A stretch of 63,255 nucleotides of DNA, filler included. It is 5 parts of 5 records of this genome, joined end to end, with 100 filler letters (N's around TTAATTAATTAA, not from the genome) between each part and the next. Parts side by side here need not be neighbours in the genome. Positions count along the whole stretch, not along the records: positions 33,227 to 57,102 come from SRR2962707_600; 4 more parts are not named here. One strand, given 5' to 3'. The translations under genes and the position numbers were made by a program. Each line of letters begins with the position of its first letter. Within the stretch, counting starts at the first letter, position 1. Positions 45,723 through 55,233 of the stretch are shown piece by piece. The notes beneath the pieces were generated by a model, which was not told where the DNA came from, ran no database searches, and saw nothing but the letters and a program-made list of their open reading frames with translations.

Positions 45723-45845
45723 GAGTCGTCCCGTTTCCGTTAATTCCTAGCTTGGAAATATGATCTTGGCATCGGATCGTCAAGAAACGACACTTCATGA
45801 AGATCACATCGGGATCGAATAGAGGATCGAATCAAGGGGACCTTT

Positions 45846-47081
45846 ATGGTGTGGCAAGGCCTGATCGGCATCGCCGTTTTTCCGTTTATCGCCTGGATTT
45901 TGAGCGAAAATCGACGCGGCTGCGATATTCGCGGCGTTCTGATCGGGCTTGCCATACAGGTTGCGCTGGCCGCCCTGCTTTTGGGAATCCCGATAATCAA
46001 ACAGGGCTTCCTGGCCCTGAACGGGGTCGTTGTCGCGCTGATGGACGCAACCCGCGCCGGCACCTCCTTTGTCTTCGGCTATATCGGCGGCGGCAACTTG
46101 CCATTCGTCGCCGACGGCCCCGGCACGTCTTTCAATCTCGCCTTTCAGGCCCTGCCGCTGATCCTCGTCGTCAGCGCCCTTTCGGCACTGCTGTTTCATT
46201 GGCGCATCCTGCCGGTGATCGTCGAAGGCGCCGCCTGGCTGCTGGGCCGCGCATTCAGGCTCGGCGGTGCGCTCGGCATCGGCGTCGCCGCGAACGTCTT
46301 CGTCGGCATGGTCGAAAGTCCGTTATTGGTGCGGCCGTATCTGAAAAATCTGACCCGGGGCGAACTGTTCGTGCTGATGACCGCCGGCATGGCCACCGTC
46401 GCGGGCACCGTCATGGTGCTGTATGCCGGGGTTATCGGTCCCGTGATCCCGGGGGCTTTGGGGCATATTCTTGCCGCATCCGTGCTCAGCGCCCCGGCCG
46501 CGATCACCATCGCGCAGCTGATGGTCCCGCTCTCCGAGCCGACACCGGGCCAAATCGATGTAACCGACGACGGCAATGCCATGGCGGCAATTACGCGCGG
46601 CACCATGGAGGGCGTCGCGCTGCTGATCAACGTGATCGCCATGTTGCTGGTTGCCGTGGCGCTGGTGGCGCTGGTCAATGCCGGGTTAGGACTGTTGCCG
46701 GATATAGCCGATGCCCCGCTGACGCTTGAACGCGTGCTGGGCTGGGCCATGGCACCGGTCGCATTCGCCATGGGCGTGCCGTGGGGTGAAGCAGTGCAGG
46801 CCGGTGCCCTGCTCGGTATCAAGACCGTGCTCAATGAGTTCCTGGCCTATCTGCAACTGGCCGGCTTGTCCGATGACGTGATGTCCGAACGCAGCCGCCT
46901 GATCATGACCTATGCACTGTGCGGTTTTGCCAACTTCGGCAGTCTCGGCATCATGATCGGCGGCCTGACGACCATGTGCCCGGAACGCCGCGACGAAATC
47001 ATTCAGCTTGGTGGACGGACCATTATTTCCGGCACCCTGGCGACGTGTCTCACCGGCGCCGTCGCGGGTTTGTTTTTCTAG
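45846..47081 (+). CDS. Concentrative nucleoside transporter (NupC/CNT family)
   Basis: AANVFVGMVES, GMATVAG, KTVLNEFLAY, YALCGFANFGSLGIMIGG. Confidence 0.93.
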   Translation: MVWQGLIGIAVFPFIAWILSENRRGCDIRGVLIGLAIQVALAALLLGIPIIKQGFLALNGVVVALMDATRAGTSFVFGYIGGGNLPFVADGPGTSFNLAFQALPLILVVSALSALLFHWRILPVIVEGAAWLLGRAFRLGGALGIGVAANVFVGMVESPLLVRPYLKNLTRGELFVLMTAGMATVAGTVMVLYAGVIGPVIPGALGHILAASVLSAPAAITIAQLMVPLSEPTPGQIDVTDDGNAMAAITRGTMEGVALLINVIAMLLVAVALVALVNAGLGLLPDIADAPLTLERVLGWAMAPVAFAMGVPWGEAVQAGALLGIKTVLNEFLAYLQLAGLSDDVMSERSRLIMTYALCGFANFGSLGIMIGGLTTMCPERRDEIIQLGGRTIISGTLATCLTGAVAGLFF

Positions 47082-47089
47082 GGCACAAG

Positions 47090-47434
47090 ATGCGACCAAG
47101 ACCCGTAACACTATCTTCCGTAACAAAAAAGAACCGGCAGGACGCACTATCCATCATCAATAGTGAGGTTCTATCCGCGGGGGGCTGGATTATCAGTCAC
47201 ACGCTCTTTTCAAACATGGCCGCCACTTTCCGGTTTGAAATACCTGCAAACAGCTTAGCTTCCATGCAGCACCGACTAGAGGATCAGGCCATCCGCATGG
47301 ATGCCGATAGCCAGAAGTCCATTGCAGAGCTTGATCCCGCCGTGGGGAAAAAAGATATCGTTGCCGTCCTCAATATCACCTTCATCCACGACGAACCGGA
47401 TCTTCGCCACACGATACCGGCGATCCCGGGTTAA
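47090..47434 (+). CDS. Small hypothetical protein, possibly ACT-like fold
   Basis: ATG 8 nt after the transporter stop; GGWIISHTLFSNMAATFRFEI...LNITFIHDEPDLRHTIPAIPG. Confidence 0.6.
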   Translation: MRPRPVTLSSVTKKNRQDALSIINSEVLSAGGWIISHTLFSNMAATFRFEIPANSLASMQHRLEDQAIRMDADSQKSIAELDPAVGKKDIVAVLNITFIHDEPDLRHTIPAIPG

Positions 47435-48828
47435 CGTCTGACCCGGACCCGGTACGTCAGGTCCACGGCATCGTTCGCCGGGACCGGCACCTGCCATTCG
47501 GCGGCGATGCCGTCGCGGGCATGCGTGAGCGATTCCGTCAGAATTTCCCATTCCCCCGGAATGTCTTCGATCACCTTGACCATGGCGGTCTTGGTGCCGC
47601 CGTTCCGGACTTTGAGAGTAAATGCCGCTTCGGTAATTCGATCCCCGACGCGGCGAAAATCCGTCTGCGTGCGTTCAACCGTTACATCGAAGGCGTTCCC
47701 CAGGTTCAGCGCCAGTTCCTGACCAAGCGCTGTGTTGTTGATGCCGTCTTCACCGATGAACCGCAAGGCGCCGTCCTGATCGCGGACATAGGCGCGGACG
47801 ACACCGGCCGGCAAAGGCACGCCCAGATGGCTTGCAACATCGTTGACGATCATGATCCGCTGGCGCACGGGTTGCGGTTCGGCAACGCCGCGCAGGGTCC
47901 CGAATACCGGGGCGCCACTGCGAAATTCAAGCATCCGGCGCGCCACCACACCGTCCGCCGCGAGCAGGCGGAGCTGGCGGGTTTCCTTGTCCTTGAGCGT
48001 TACCGGTTCCGGCATCTTGTACATATGGAATGCCGAAAGCTCGCTGCGGGGCGCGTTGAAGCCGCCTGTGTCGGCGGCCGACATCGCTTCGGCACGCATC
48101 AGGATCTTGCCGCGCGGCGCCGGTGCTTCCCGCGCCACGTCCCCGGCAACCAGCGACACCAGCGCAGACCCGAAATCGACGCCGGCGTTGTTCTGAACCT
48201 TGGCCCAGCCTGTCAGATCGAGCGTGTCCTGATCGGGGTTGAGAACCGCCGTATAAACCGCGTTCCACGATATGCCGTTGGTCAGATAGGCCAGCCGGGC
48301 ATCCGCCGGTTTTTCGAGCGGCTTATCGAGATGCAGGGTCAACGCAGGGGCGGCATGCAGATCGTCCGGCACATGATCGAACACGATCCGGCCCGGCGGG
48401 TCGGTTTCGATACGGTCGCCGATCTTCAGCACCAGCCCGCCGGCAACGCTGAGGACCTGTGCATCTTCAACCGTTTCCGCGCCGGTTGCCGGATTTGTGC
48501 GGATCACCCGGACGGTTTTGCCAAGCGAGCGTTCCAGCAGGGTGCTCCGGGTGAGAATATCCGAATCGAGAGCGATTTCGCGCACCTCGGCGACGTCGCC
48601 CAGATCCACACGTACGCTGTCAGCGATCATCATCGGCCCGACACGATCCAGCCGAACCACGTTCCCCGGGCCTGCCGGCAGTGTCCGGGCTTCGTCGACA
48701 AGCGCCAGTCCATTGGCGTATACCGTCAGCCTGAGCGCCGTTTTCGGTGTATCCTGTGCCATTGAAGGCAGGGGCAGAAGAAGGCCGGCAGAAATCAGAG
48801 CGGCCATGGACAGGGGACGGATGTGCAT
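47431..48828 (-). CDS. Secreted DUF4139-domain protein
   Basis: Signal peptide, LTVYANGLALVDEAR, LAYLTNGISWNAVY, PLPAGVVRAY, FIGED, LGNAFDV; probable start MHIRPL at 48828. Confidence 0.85.
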   Translation of the reverse strand: MHIRPLSMAALISAGLLLPLPSMAQDTPKTALRLTVYANGLALVDEARTLPAGPGNVVRLDRVGPMMIADSVRVDLGDVAEVREIALDSDILTRSTLLERSLGKTVRVIRTNPATGAETVEDAQVLSVAGGLVLKIGDRIETDPPGRIVFDHVPDDLHAAPALTLHLDKPLEKPADARLAYLTNGISWNAVYTAVLNPDQDTLDLTGWAKVQNNAGVDFGSALVSLVAGDVAREAPAPRGKILMRAEAMSAADTGGFNAPRSELSAFHMYKMPEPVTLKDKETRQLRLLAADGVVARRMLEFRSGAPVFGTLRGVAEPQPVRQRIMIVNDVASHLGVPLPAGVVRAYVRDQDGALRFIGEDGINNTALGQELALNLGNAFDVTVERTQTDFRRVGDRITEAAFTLKVRNGGTKTAMVKVIEDIPGEWEILTESLTHARDGIAAEWQVPVPANDAVDLTYRVRVRR

Positions 48829-48939
48829 CTTGGATCCTCGTTGTATATTTATACGTTGCCAGAGCAAAAGCCCCGCGATTGCGTCCGGGGGCCCGCTCAT
48901 GCAAGCATTCGCAGAAGATTTTGACGAAAGAGAGGCAGT

Positions 48940-50043
48940 GTGCAAGTCGACGTCCAGACCCTGTTGATTTTGGCCGCGCTCGGTATCGGGATTGTGATCA
49001 TCCTGATCGCCATCAATGCCGGCAGCCGCGCCCGTGCCGACCAGGCGGCGCGTCTGCACAATCTGGGTGAAATCGCCCAATCGCTGGCCCAGGCCCAGAC
49101 CAATCTGGCAGGCCGGATGGAACAGGCGCAAGCGGACGCCAATCAACGGCTGGATTCTCTCTCGAAACGGCTCGGCGACGGCCTGACGGAACAGACCGAA
49201 CGCACCGGTCAGACCCTTAAAGTGCTGCACGAGCGCCTGGCCCTGATCGACAATGCCCAGAAGAACATCACCCAACTGTCCGAACAGATGGTCAGCCTGC
49301 AGGATATCCTCTCCAACAAACAGGCCCGCGGCGCGTTCGGTGAAATCCAGCTCAATGATCTGGTGACCGCTGCGTTACCTGCCTCCGCCTATGAATTTCA
49401 GGTCACCCTGTCCAACGGCAAGCGCGCCGATTGCCTGCTGAAACTGCCGAACCCGCCGGGGCCCATCGCCATCGACAGCAAGTTTCCGCTGGAGAGCTAC
49501 GAAACGCTCCGCAATGCAGAAACCGACGCCGAGAAGGTCCAGGCCGGTCGTGCCTTTTCCGCAGCGGTCCTGAAACACGTCAAAGATATTTCCGAACGCT
49601 ACATCCTGCCCGGCGAAACATCCGAAAGTGCGTTGATGTTTCTGCCGTCGGAAGCGGTGTATGCGGAACTGCACGCCAATTTCCGAAACGTCGTCGAAGA
49701 AGGCTTCCGGCGCCGGGTCTGGATCGTCTCACCGACCACGCTGATGGCGACCCTGAACACGGTGCGGGCCATTCTCCGCGATGTGCACATGCGCGAACAG
49801 GCTGATGTCATTCAGGCCGAGGTTCATAAACTTCTGGAAGACATGGCCCGGCTTGATGACCGGGTCGGCAAGCTCAAGACCCACTTCAACCAGGCGCAGA
49901 AGGACATCGGCGACATCGAAATTTCGACCGGCAAGATCATGCGCCGCGGTACGCGTATCGAAGACCTTCAACTCGGGGACGGCGATACCCCTGACAAGAT
50001 GCTGGCACCGACGGTGGATGCCGCCGACAAGGCCGCCGAGTAA
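48940..50043 (+). CDS. rmuC: DNA recombination protein RmuC
   Basis: N-terminal TM plus coiled coil; NKQARGAFGEIQL, IDSKFPLE, MFLPSEAVY, VSPTTLMATL. Confidence 0.95.
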   Translation: MQVDVQTLLILAALGIGIVIILIAINAGSRARADQAARLHNLGEIAQSLAQAQTNLAGRMEQAQADANQRLDSLSKRLGDGLTEQTERTGQTLKVLHERLALIDNAQKNITQLSEQMVSLQDILSNKQARGAFGEIQLNDLVTAALPASAYEFQVTLSNGKRADCLLKLPNPPGPIAIDSKFPLESYETLRNAETDAEKVQAGRAFSAAVLKHVKDISERYILPGETSESALMFLPSEAVYAELHANFRNVVEEGFRRRVWIVSPTTLMATLNTVRAILRDVHMREQADVIQAEVHKLLEDMARLDDRVGKLKTHFNQAQKDIGDIEISTGKIMRRGTRIEDLQLGDGDTPDKMLAPTVDAADKAAE

Positions 50044-50052
50044 AGGACGCGC

Positions 50053-51384
50053 ATGGACAAGGATGAACTCAAGAAGATCCTCCGCGACCACAAGCGGTTC
50101 CGAAGCGGTATCGATGGCGGCAAACGCGCCGACATCCGCATGAAGAATTTGTCGGGGCTCAATTTCTCCAAAATCAATCTCCACGAAGCCGTACTGATGG
50201 GGTGCGACTTCTCGCATTGCAAGATGACCGGGGTCGATATGCGTGGCGCCGATCTGTACGGCTGCAACTTCACCGGGGCCGATCTCAGCAATGCCAAGCT
50301 TGACCGTGCCGACATGCGCGGTGCGAACATGTCCCGCGCCAACCTGGAACATGCGTCGATGATCGAAGTCGATTTGCGTGCCGGCCAGGTCGCTGAAGTT
50401 GTCTGGAAGTTACGCGGCGCGCAGTTGAACAAGGAAGAAAAAGGCCGTGCCGAGGAACTCAAGGAAAAGATCGCCGAGTCGAACCTGACCCAGACCCGCA
50501 TGTCGAGTGCAGATCTCGAGTCCGCGGATTTACAATCGGCGAATTTTGAAAATGCCAATCTGACGAAAGCCAATCTGAGCAAGGCCAAAATGGGCGGTGC
50601 ATCGCTCAAGGGCGCCAATCTGTCGGAAACCAATCTCAGTGAAACGGATCTGAATTCCGCCTGCCTTGATAATGCGAACCTTCGCGGGGCCGTGCTCAAT
50701 GCAACGAACCTGCAGCATGCCAGTACCAACAACGTGGTCGTCCCGGAAACCCTGACGCATCTCGATGACAAAATCCGGATGAAGATGGTGAAGCATCACA
50801 AATGGATTCGGACCAACGGCAAGGAAGGGTCACCGGCCAACCTCGAAGGCGTTGATCTGGGCGGGGTCAACCTGCGTGGCGTCAACCTGAGCGGCATGAG
50901 CATCAAGTCGGCGAACCTCGAAAATACCAATCTCAGCGACACCTTCTGTCTGTTCACGTTCTTTCAGGGTTCCCGCCTCAACAATGCAAATTTCGCGCAT
51001 GCCGATCTTGATGCCGCGAATTTCCATAACTGCGTCCTCAAGAACGCCGACTTCAGCGGCGCCCGGCTTAAACCGATCGAAACCGGCGCAGAACAGGAAA
51101 ACGGGAAGAAGCAGAGATGGCGCCCCAATTTTGCCGGCGCCATCCTTGTCGGTGCCGATTTTTCCGGTGCCTATGTCAGTGGCGCCAATTTCAAGGAAGC
51201 TGACCTGACCGGCCTCAAGGTCGACAAGGCCGTTTTCCTCGGCTGTGATTTTGACGACGGCATTGAAGAGCAGTTGGGAAAGCACGGCGCCATGTTCAAA
51301 CTGCCAGAGAAATCCGGCAATCAAGCCGTAAAAGAAACCACTAAAAAATCAGACGACTCCGCCCTCAAAAAAGCTGAAGGCTGA
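50053..51384 (+). CDS. Pentapeptide-repeat protein
   Basis: Extensive A(D/N)LxX repeats in two halves, each opened by an H-x-x-(F/W)...G-x-x-A-(D/N)-(I/L) cap. Confidence 0.93.
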   Translation: MDKDELKKILRDHKRFRSGIDGGKRADIRMKNLSGLNFSKINLHEAVLMGCDFSHCKMTGVDMRGADLYGCNFTGADLSNAKLDRADMRGANMSRANLEHASMIEVDLRAGQVAEVVWKLRGAQLNKEEKGRAEELKEKIAESNLTQTRMSSADLESADLQSANFENANLTKANLSKAKMGGASLKGANLSETNLSETDLNSACLDNANLRGAVLNATNLQHASTNNVVVPETLTHLDDKIRMKMVKHHKWIRTNGKEGSPANLEGVDLGGVNLRGVNLSGMSIKSANLENTNLSDTFCLFTFFQGSRLNNANFAHADLDAANFHNCVLKNADFSGARLKPIETGAEQENGKKQRWRPNFAGAILVGADFSGAYVSGANFKEADLTGLKVDKAVFLGCDFDDGIEEQLGKHGAMFKLPEKSGNQAVKETTKKSDDSALKKAEG

Positions 51385-51562
51385 CCGGCGCCAAGCTGTA
51401 ATTGCTTCCAATCCGTTCAGGATTGGCGGAATACACGGTATGCGCACAAAACTGCACACGCAAAAAAGGTTAAATGCTCAACCTTATATTAATTGTTGTA
51501 TACATTTTCCAGGCGCAGACTTCTGGCTGAGGTGGTTGAGGCAGCGTACTGGGCAAACTGGG

Positions 51563-52834
51563 ATGGATACGCACGAACTCAGAAAAATCATCGCTGAGCA
51601 TAAAAAGTTCACGATGGGAATAGATGGCGGCAAGCGCGCAGACATCAGAATGAAAAATCTCTCCGGTCTTAATTTCAGCGGCATCAATTTGCGAGAAGCC
51701 GTTCTGACCGGCTGCGATTTCACCAAGGCCAATCTCGCGGGAGCCGATCTCTCCCGCGCAGATGTCTATGGCTGTGATTTTACCGGCGCCAATCTGACGA
51801 ACGCCAAGCTCGACCAGGCTGACATGCGCGGGGCGCAGCTGGCGGGCGCAAATCTCGAAATGGCGTCGATGATTGCAGTCGATCTCCGTTCGGGACAGGT
51901 CGGTGAAGTTGTCTGGAAACTTCAAGGCGCAAAGATGTCCCAGGAAGAAACCGGCCGCGCCGAGAACCTCAAGGCCAGGATCGCCGAGGCAAACCTTTCC
52001 GAGGCACGAATGTCGAACGCCGATCTGGAATCTGCAGATTTGCAGGCGGCCAACTTCGACGGGGCCAATCTTTCCAAAGCAAACCTGTCGCGCGCGCGAA
52101 TGGGGGGTGCATCCCTGAGAGGGGCAAACCTCTCGGAAGCAAACCTGAGTGAAACCGATCTCCAGTCCGCCTGCCTGGACAGCGCCGATCTCAGGGGCGC
52201 CGTCCTCAATGCAACCAATCTGCAGCACGCCAGTACTGAAAACGTGATCGTACCTGAATCCCTTTCACTGCTGGACACATCCGTAAGTGCCAAGATCGTG
52301 AAACACCATAAGTGGATACGCACAAACGGTGCAGAGGGGCAGCCCGCCAATCTGGAAAATGTCGATCTTTCGGGCATGAATTTGCGGGGTATCAATCTGA
52401 GCGGTATGAGCCTGAAATCGGCAAAGCTTGCAGGTTCCAACCTGAGCAACACCATCTGCCTGTTCACCTTCTTTCAGGGCTCGCAGATGACCAATGCCAA
52501 TTTCAGGGACGCCGAACTGGATGCCGCCAACTTTTCCAACTGCGTCTTGCACAATGCCGACATGCGCGGCGTGAAAATGCGCCCCGTAGAAATCAAGGGC
52601 GACGTTGCATCGAATCACAAACAGTGGCGGCCGAATTTTTCAGGGGCGGTGTTAAAGAATGCCGATTTCTCCGGGGCCTATATCAGCGGCGCGGATTTCA
52701 GGGGCGCAGAGATGGACGGCTTGATCGTCGACAAGGCCACATTCCACGGATGTGAATTTGATGCCGGCATCGAGGATACCCTGAGACAAATCGGGGCCAA
52801 ATTCGAACACCCTGAACTGGCAGAGGCCGTTTAG
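51563..52834 (+). CDS. Pentapeptide-repeat protein (tandem paralog)
   Basis: Colinear with 50053-51384 ([21 protein letters not shown] is identical). Start MDTHEL at 51563 is placed by homology to MDKDEL. Confidence 0.93.
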   Translation: MDTHELRKIIAEHKKFTMGIDGGKRADIRMKNLSGLNFSGINLREAVLTGCDFTKANLAGADLSRADVYGCDFTGANLTNAKLDQADMRGAQLAGANLEMASMIAVDLRSGQVGEVVWKLQGAKMSQEETGRAENLKARIAEANLSEARMSNADLESADLQAANFDGANLSKANLSRARMGGASLRGANLSEANLSETDLQSACLDSADLRGAVLNATNLQHASTENVIVPESLSLLDTSVSAKIVKHHKWIRTNGAEGQPANLENVDLSGMNLRGINLSGMSLKSAKLAGSNLSNTICLFTFFQGSQMTNANFRDAELDAANFSNCVLHNADMRGVKMRPVEIKGDVASNHKQWRPNFSGAVLKNADFSGAYISGADFRGAEMDGLIVDKATFHGCEFDAGIEDTLRQIGAKFEHPELAEAV

Positions 52835-53424
52835 ACCGGTCTGCGATCTCGGAGCGCGGCGGATATCGTGCCGTCGTCCAGAAAATCGAGCTCGCCACCG
52901 ACCGGCACGCCGTGTGCAATGCCGGACACCTTGATGCCGCTATCGTGCAGTCGGTCGGCGATGTAATGCGCCGTGGTCTGGCCGTCGACCGTGGCGCTGG
53001 TCGCCAGAATGACTTCGGTATCCGGGTTTTCCCCTGCCCGTGCAATCAGCGCCGGAATGGTGAGGTCATCCGGCCCGATACCGTCCAGTGCCGACAATGA
53101 ACCGCCGAGCACGTGGTATTTCCCCTTGAAACTGGCGGTGCGCTCCAGGGCCCACAGATCGGCGACGTCCTCGACAACGCAAAGCAGCCGTCCGTCCCGG
53201 CGGGGGTCCGAACAGATCGCACACGGATCGATCGTATCCAGATTGCCGCAGCTTGAGCATGCCCGAACCCGCTCGGCCGCATCGACCAGGGCCTGGGCCA
53301 GCGGCTGCATCAGGGATTCCCGGCGTTTCAGAAGCTGCAGCACGGCACGCCGCGCCGAGCGCGGGCCAAGCCCCGGCAGCTTCGCGAGCAGCTGCACAAG
53401 GCGTTCGATGTCGTGTTCAGCCAT
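52831..53424 (-). CDS. recR: Recombination mediator RecR
   Basis: [12 protein letters not shown]4 zinc finger, VVEDVAD, YHVLGG, Toprim [25 protein letters not shown]. Confidence 0.98.
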   Translation of the reverse strand: MAEHDIERLVQLLAKLPGLGPRSARRAVLQLLKRRESLMQPLAQALVDAAERVRACSSCGNLDTIDPCAICSDPRRDGRLLCVVEDVADLWALERTASFKGKYHVLGGSLSALDGIGPDDLTIPALIARAGENPDTEVILATSATVDGQTTAHYIADRLHDSGIKVSGIAHGVPVGGELDFLDDGTISAALRDRRPV

Positions 53425-53442
53425 TCGAGGTCAGCCGCCGGG

Positions 53443-53766
53443 TCAGAAAGGAAGTTGCATGCCGGGCGGCAGCGGCAGACCGCCGGTAATGTCCTGCATC
53501 TTTTCGCGCATAACTTCGTCCGATTTGGCGCGTGCATCATTGATCGCGGCGACGATCAGGTCTTCCAGTACCTCGGCATCGTCGGGATTGACCAGCGACG
53601 GGTCGATCAGGACCTTCTTGGCCTCGCCCTTGCCGTTGAGGGTTACCTGACACATACCACCGCCGGATTTGCCGGTGACTTCCAATTCTTCGAGTTCGCG
53701 CTGCATGTCCGCCATCTTCTGCTGGATCTGCTGCGCTTGCTTCATCATCTGCCCGAGGTTTTTCAT
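53443..53766 (-). CDS. ybaB: YbaB/EbfC nucleoid-associated protein
   Basis: MKNLGQMMKQAQ...GKSGGGM...LEDLIVAAINDA...GGLPLPPGMQLPF. Confidence 0.95.
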   Translation of the reverse strand: MKNLGQMMKQAQQIQQKMADMQRELEELEVTGKSGGGMCQVTLNGKGEAKKVLIDPSLVNPDDAEVLEDLIVAAINDARAKSDEVMREKMQDITGGLPLPPGMQLPF

Positions 53767-53827
53767 AACCGGCGTTGCTCCGTCGCGTTGCTGGGAATTC
53801 GTTGCAAGGACCTGTATAACATTTGCC

Positions 53828-54661
53828 ATGCTGCATCAAAACCTGTTCGTCTTCGATATTGAAACAGTCCCTGACACGGACGCTGCGCCTAATCTGACCG
53901 GAATCACGTCCACGGACGTGGCCGAACGCCGCGCCGCGATCGAGGCGTATCACCTGAAAGCCACGGACGGCAAAAACAGTTTCCCCCGCCAGCCCTTCCA
54001 CAAGGTCGTCGCCATATCGTTTCTGGAAGCGGAAATCGAGCGTGACGGCACGCGGGAAGGCTACATCCTGCGTGATCTCCGCTCCGGCGGCGAAGTCGGT
54101 TTCGACGAAGCCAAGCTTTTGCAGGGGTTTTTCACCTATCTGGAACGCCAGAAACCCCGCCTGGTCAGTTTCAACGGTCGCACCTTCGATCTGCCTGTAT
54201 TGAAATACAGGGCCATGGTTCACGGTATTTCGTCACCCTGGCTGCACAAATCCGGCGACAAATGGAACAGCTACGGCTATCGCTATGCCACCGAGTGGCA
54301 CTGCGATCTGCTGGATGTCCTGTCGGATTTCGGCGCGTCGGCCCGGGTCAAACTGAATGAAGTCTGCGCCGCCTTCGGCTTCGCCGGCAAATTCGGCGTC
54401 GACGGATCGATGGTTGCCCAGATGATCGACGACGGCAAAGTCGAAGAAGTCCGCAATTACTGCGAGACCGACGTGCTGAACACCTATCTGGTCTATCTGC
54501 GCTGGCAACTGCACACCGGCACCCTGAACAAGGCCGGATACAATGCGTCCGTCACCGATCTGATCACCTTTATCGATACCGAAAAGGAAAACCGGCCCTA
54601 TCTGGCGGACTTCATGGAAGCCTGGGGCGAGGCCTCGGGGAACGTCTTTCTTCTGGATTGA
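53828..54661 (+). CDS. Stand-alone PolB-like 3'-5' exonuclease (DEDDy)
   Basis: ExoI FDIET, ExoII FNGRTFDLP, HCDL, ExoIII YCETD. Confidence 0.9.
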   Translation: MLHQNLFVFDIETVPDTDAAPNLTGITSTDVAERRAAIEAYHLKATDGKNSFPRQPFHKVVAISFLEAEIERDGTREGYILRDLRSGGEVGFDEAKLLQGFFTYLERQKPRLVSFNGRTFDLPVLKYRAMVHGISSPWLHKSGDKWNSYGYRYATEWHCDLLDVLSDFGASARVKLNEVCAAFGFAGKFGVDGSMVAQMIDDGKVEEVRNYCETDVLNTYLVYLRWQLHTGTLNKAGYNASVTDLITFIDTEKENRPYLADFMEAWGEASGNVFLLD

Positions 54662-54670
54662 AGCGGCAGT

Positions 54671-55228
54671 TCAAATGTCCTGATCGAAATAGTTCTCCAG
54701 GTCGACGTCGGCATCGACATATGCCTCGATGGTCTGGCGGACATCGTCATAAAAGCCCACCGACAAAACCCGGTCGAGCGGACTGTCAGGGGCCGAACGT
54801 ACCGGCATCCTGAGCATGGCTTCATATTTCCGGTCCCATGCCTTTTCGCCCAGACAGGCAACAAAAAGCGACGGGCGGGCATGTTCGACAATCCAGCGAT
54901 ACTGTTCTTCCGAATAGTTGGCATGCCTGTCCGGCGCCAGCGCATTGACGCGCAACCCTGTCATATCGACCCCGTTAAAACGGGCCACCTGCGTTCCCCA
55001 GAACCGGTAGCAGCCGAAACCCGGCCCATGGTCGACATCAAGCAGGATCATGCGCGGCAGAATCTGCGGGTCAAAATCCAGGAAATCCAGCTCGCCCCAG
55101 ACCGGCAGGTCGTCCACACGGCACTTCGAGCGCCACACATCAAGCGCCGCACATAATTCGGCAATGCGCATATTCTCGACTTCAACCCGGTAATAATCGG
55201 GACGGTCAACCGATCCGAAATCACTCAT
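54671..55228 (-). CDS. Single-domain PAS-like protein (PAS_5/DUF1457 type)
   Basis: VWRSKC...DLPVW...FDPQILPRMILLDV...YRFWGT...GVDMTG...YEAMLRMP; starts 5 nt after the dnaX stop. Confidence 0.7.
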   Translation of the reverse strand: MSDFGSVDRPDYYRVEVENMRIAELCAALDVWRSKCRVDDLPVWGELDFLDFDPQILPRMILLDVDHGPGFGCYRFWGTQVARFNGVDMTGLRVNALAPDRHANYSEEQYRWIVEHARPSLFVACLGEKAWDRKYEAMLRMPVRSAPDSPLDRVLSVGFYDDVRQTIEAYVDADVDLENYFDQDI

Positions 55229-55233
55229 TTAAT

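Noticed and set aside
47431..49275. 614-aa version of the DUF4139 gene and other extended starts (10246, 14697, 51440, 53669, 57063)
   Set aside because: The extensions overlap rmuC, the tRNA, ybaB, ffs or promoter regions. Internal ATGs with an RBS, signal peptide or paralog alignment fit better.
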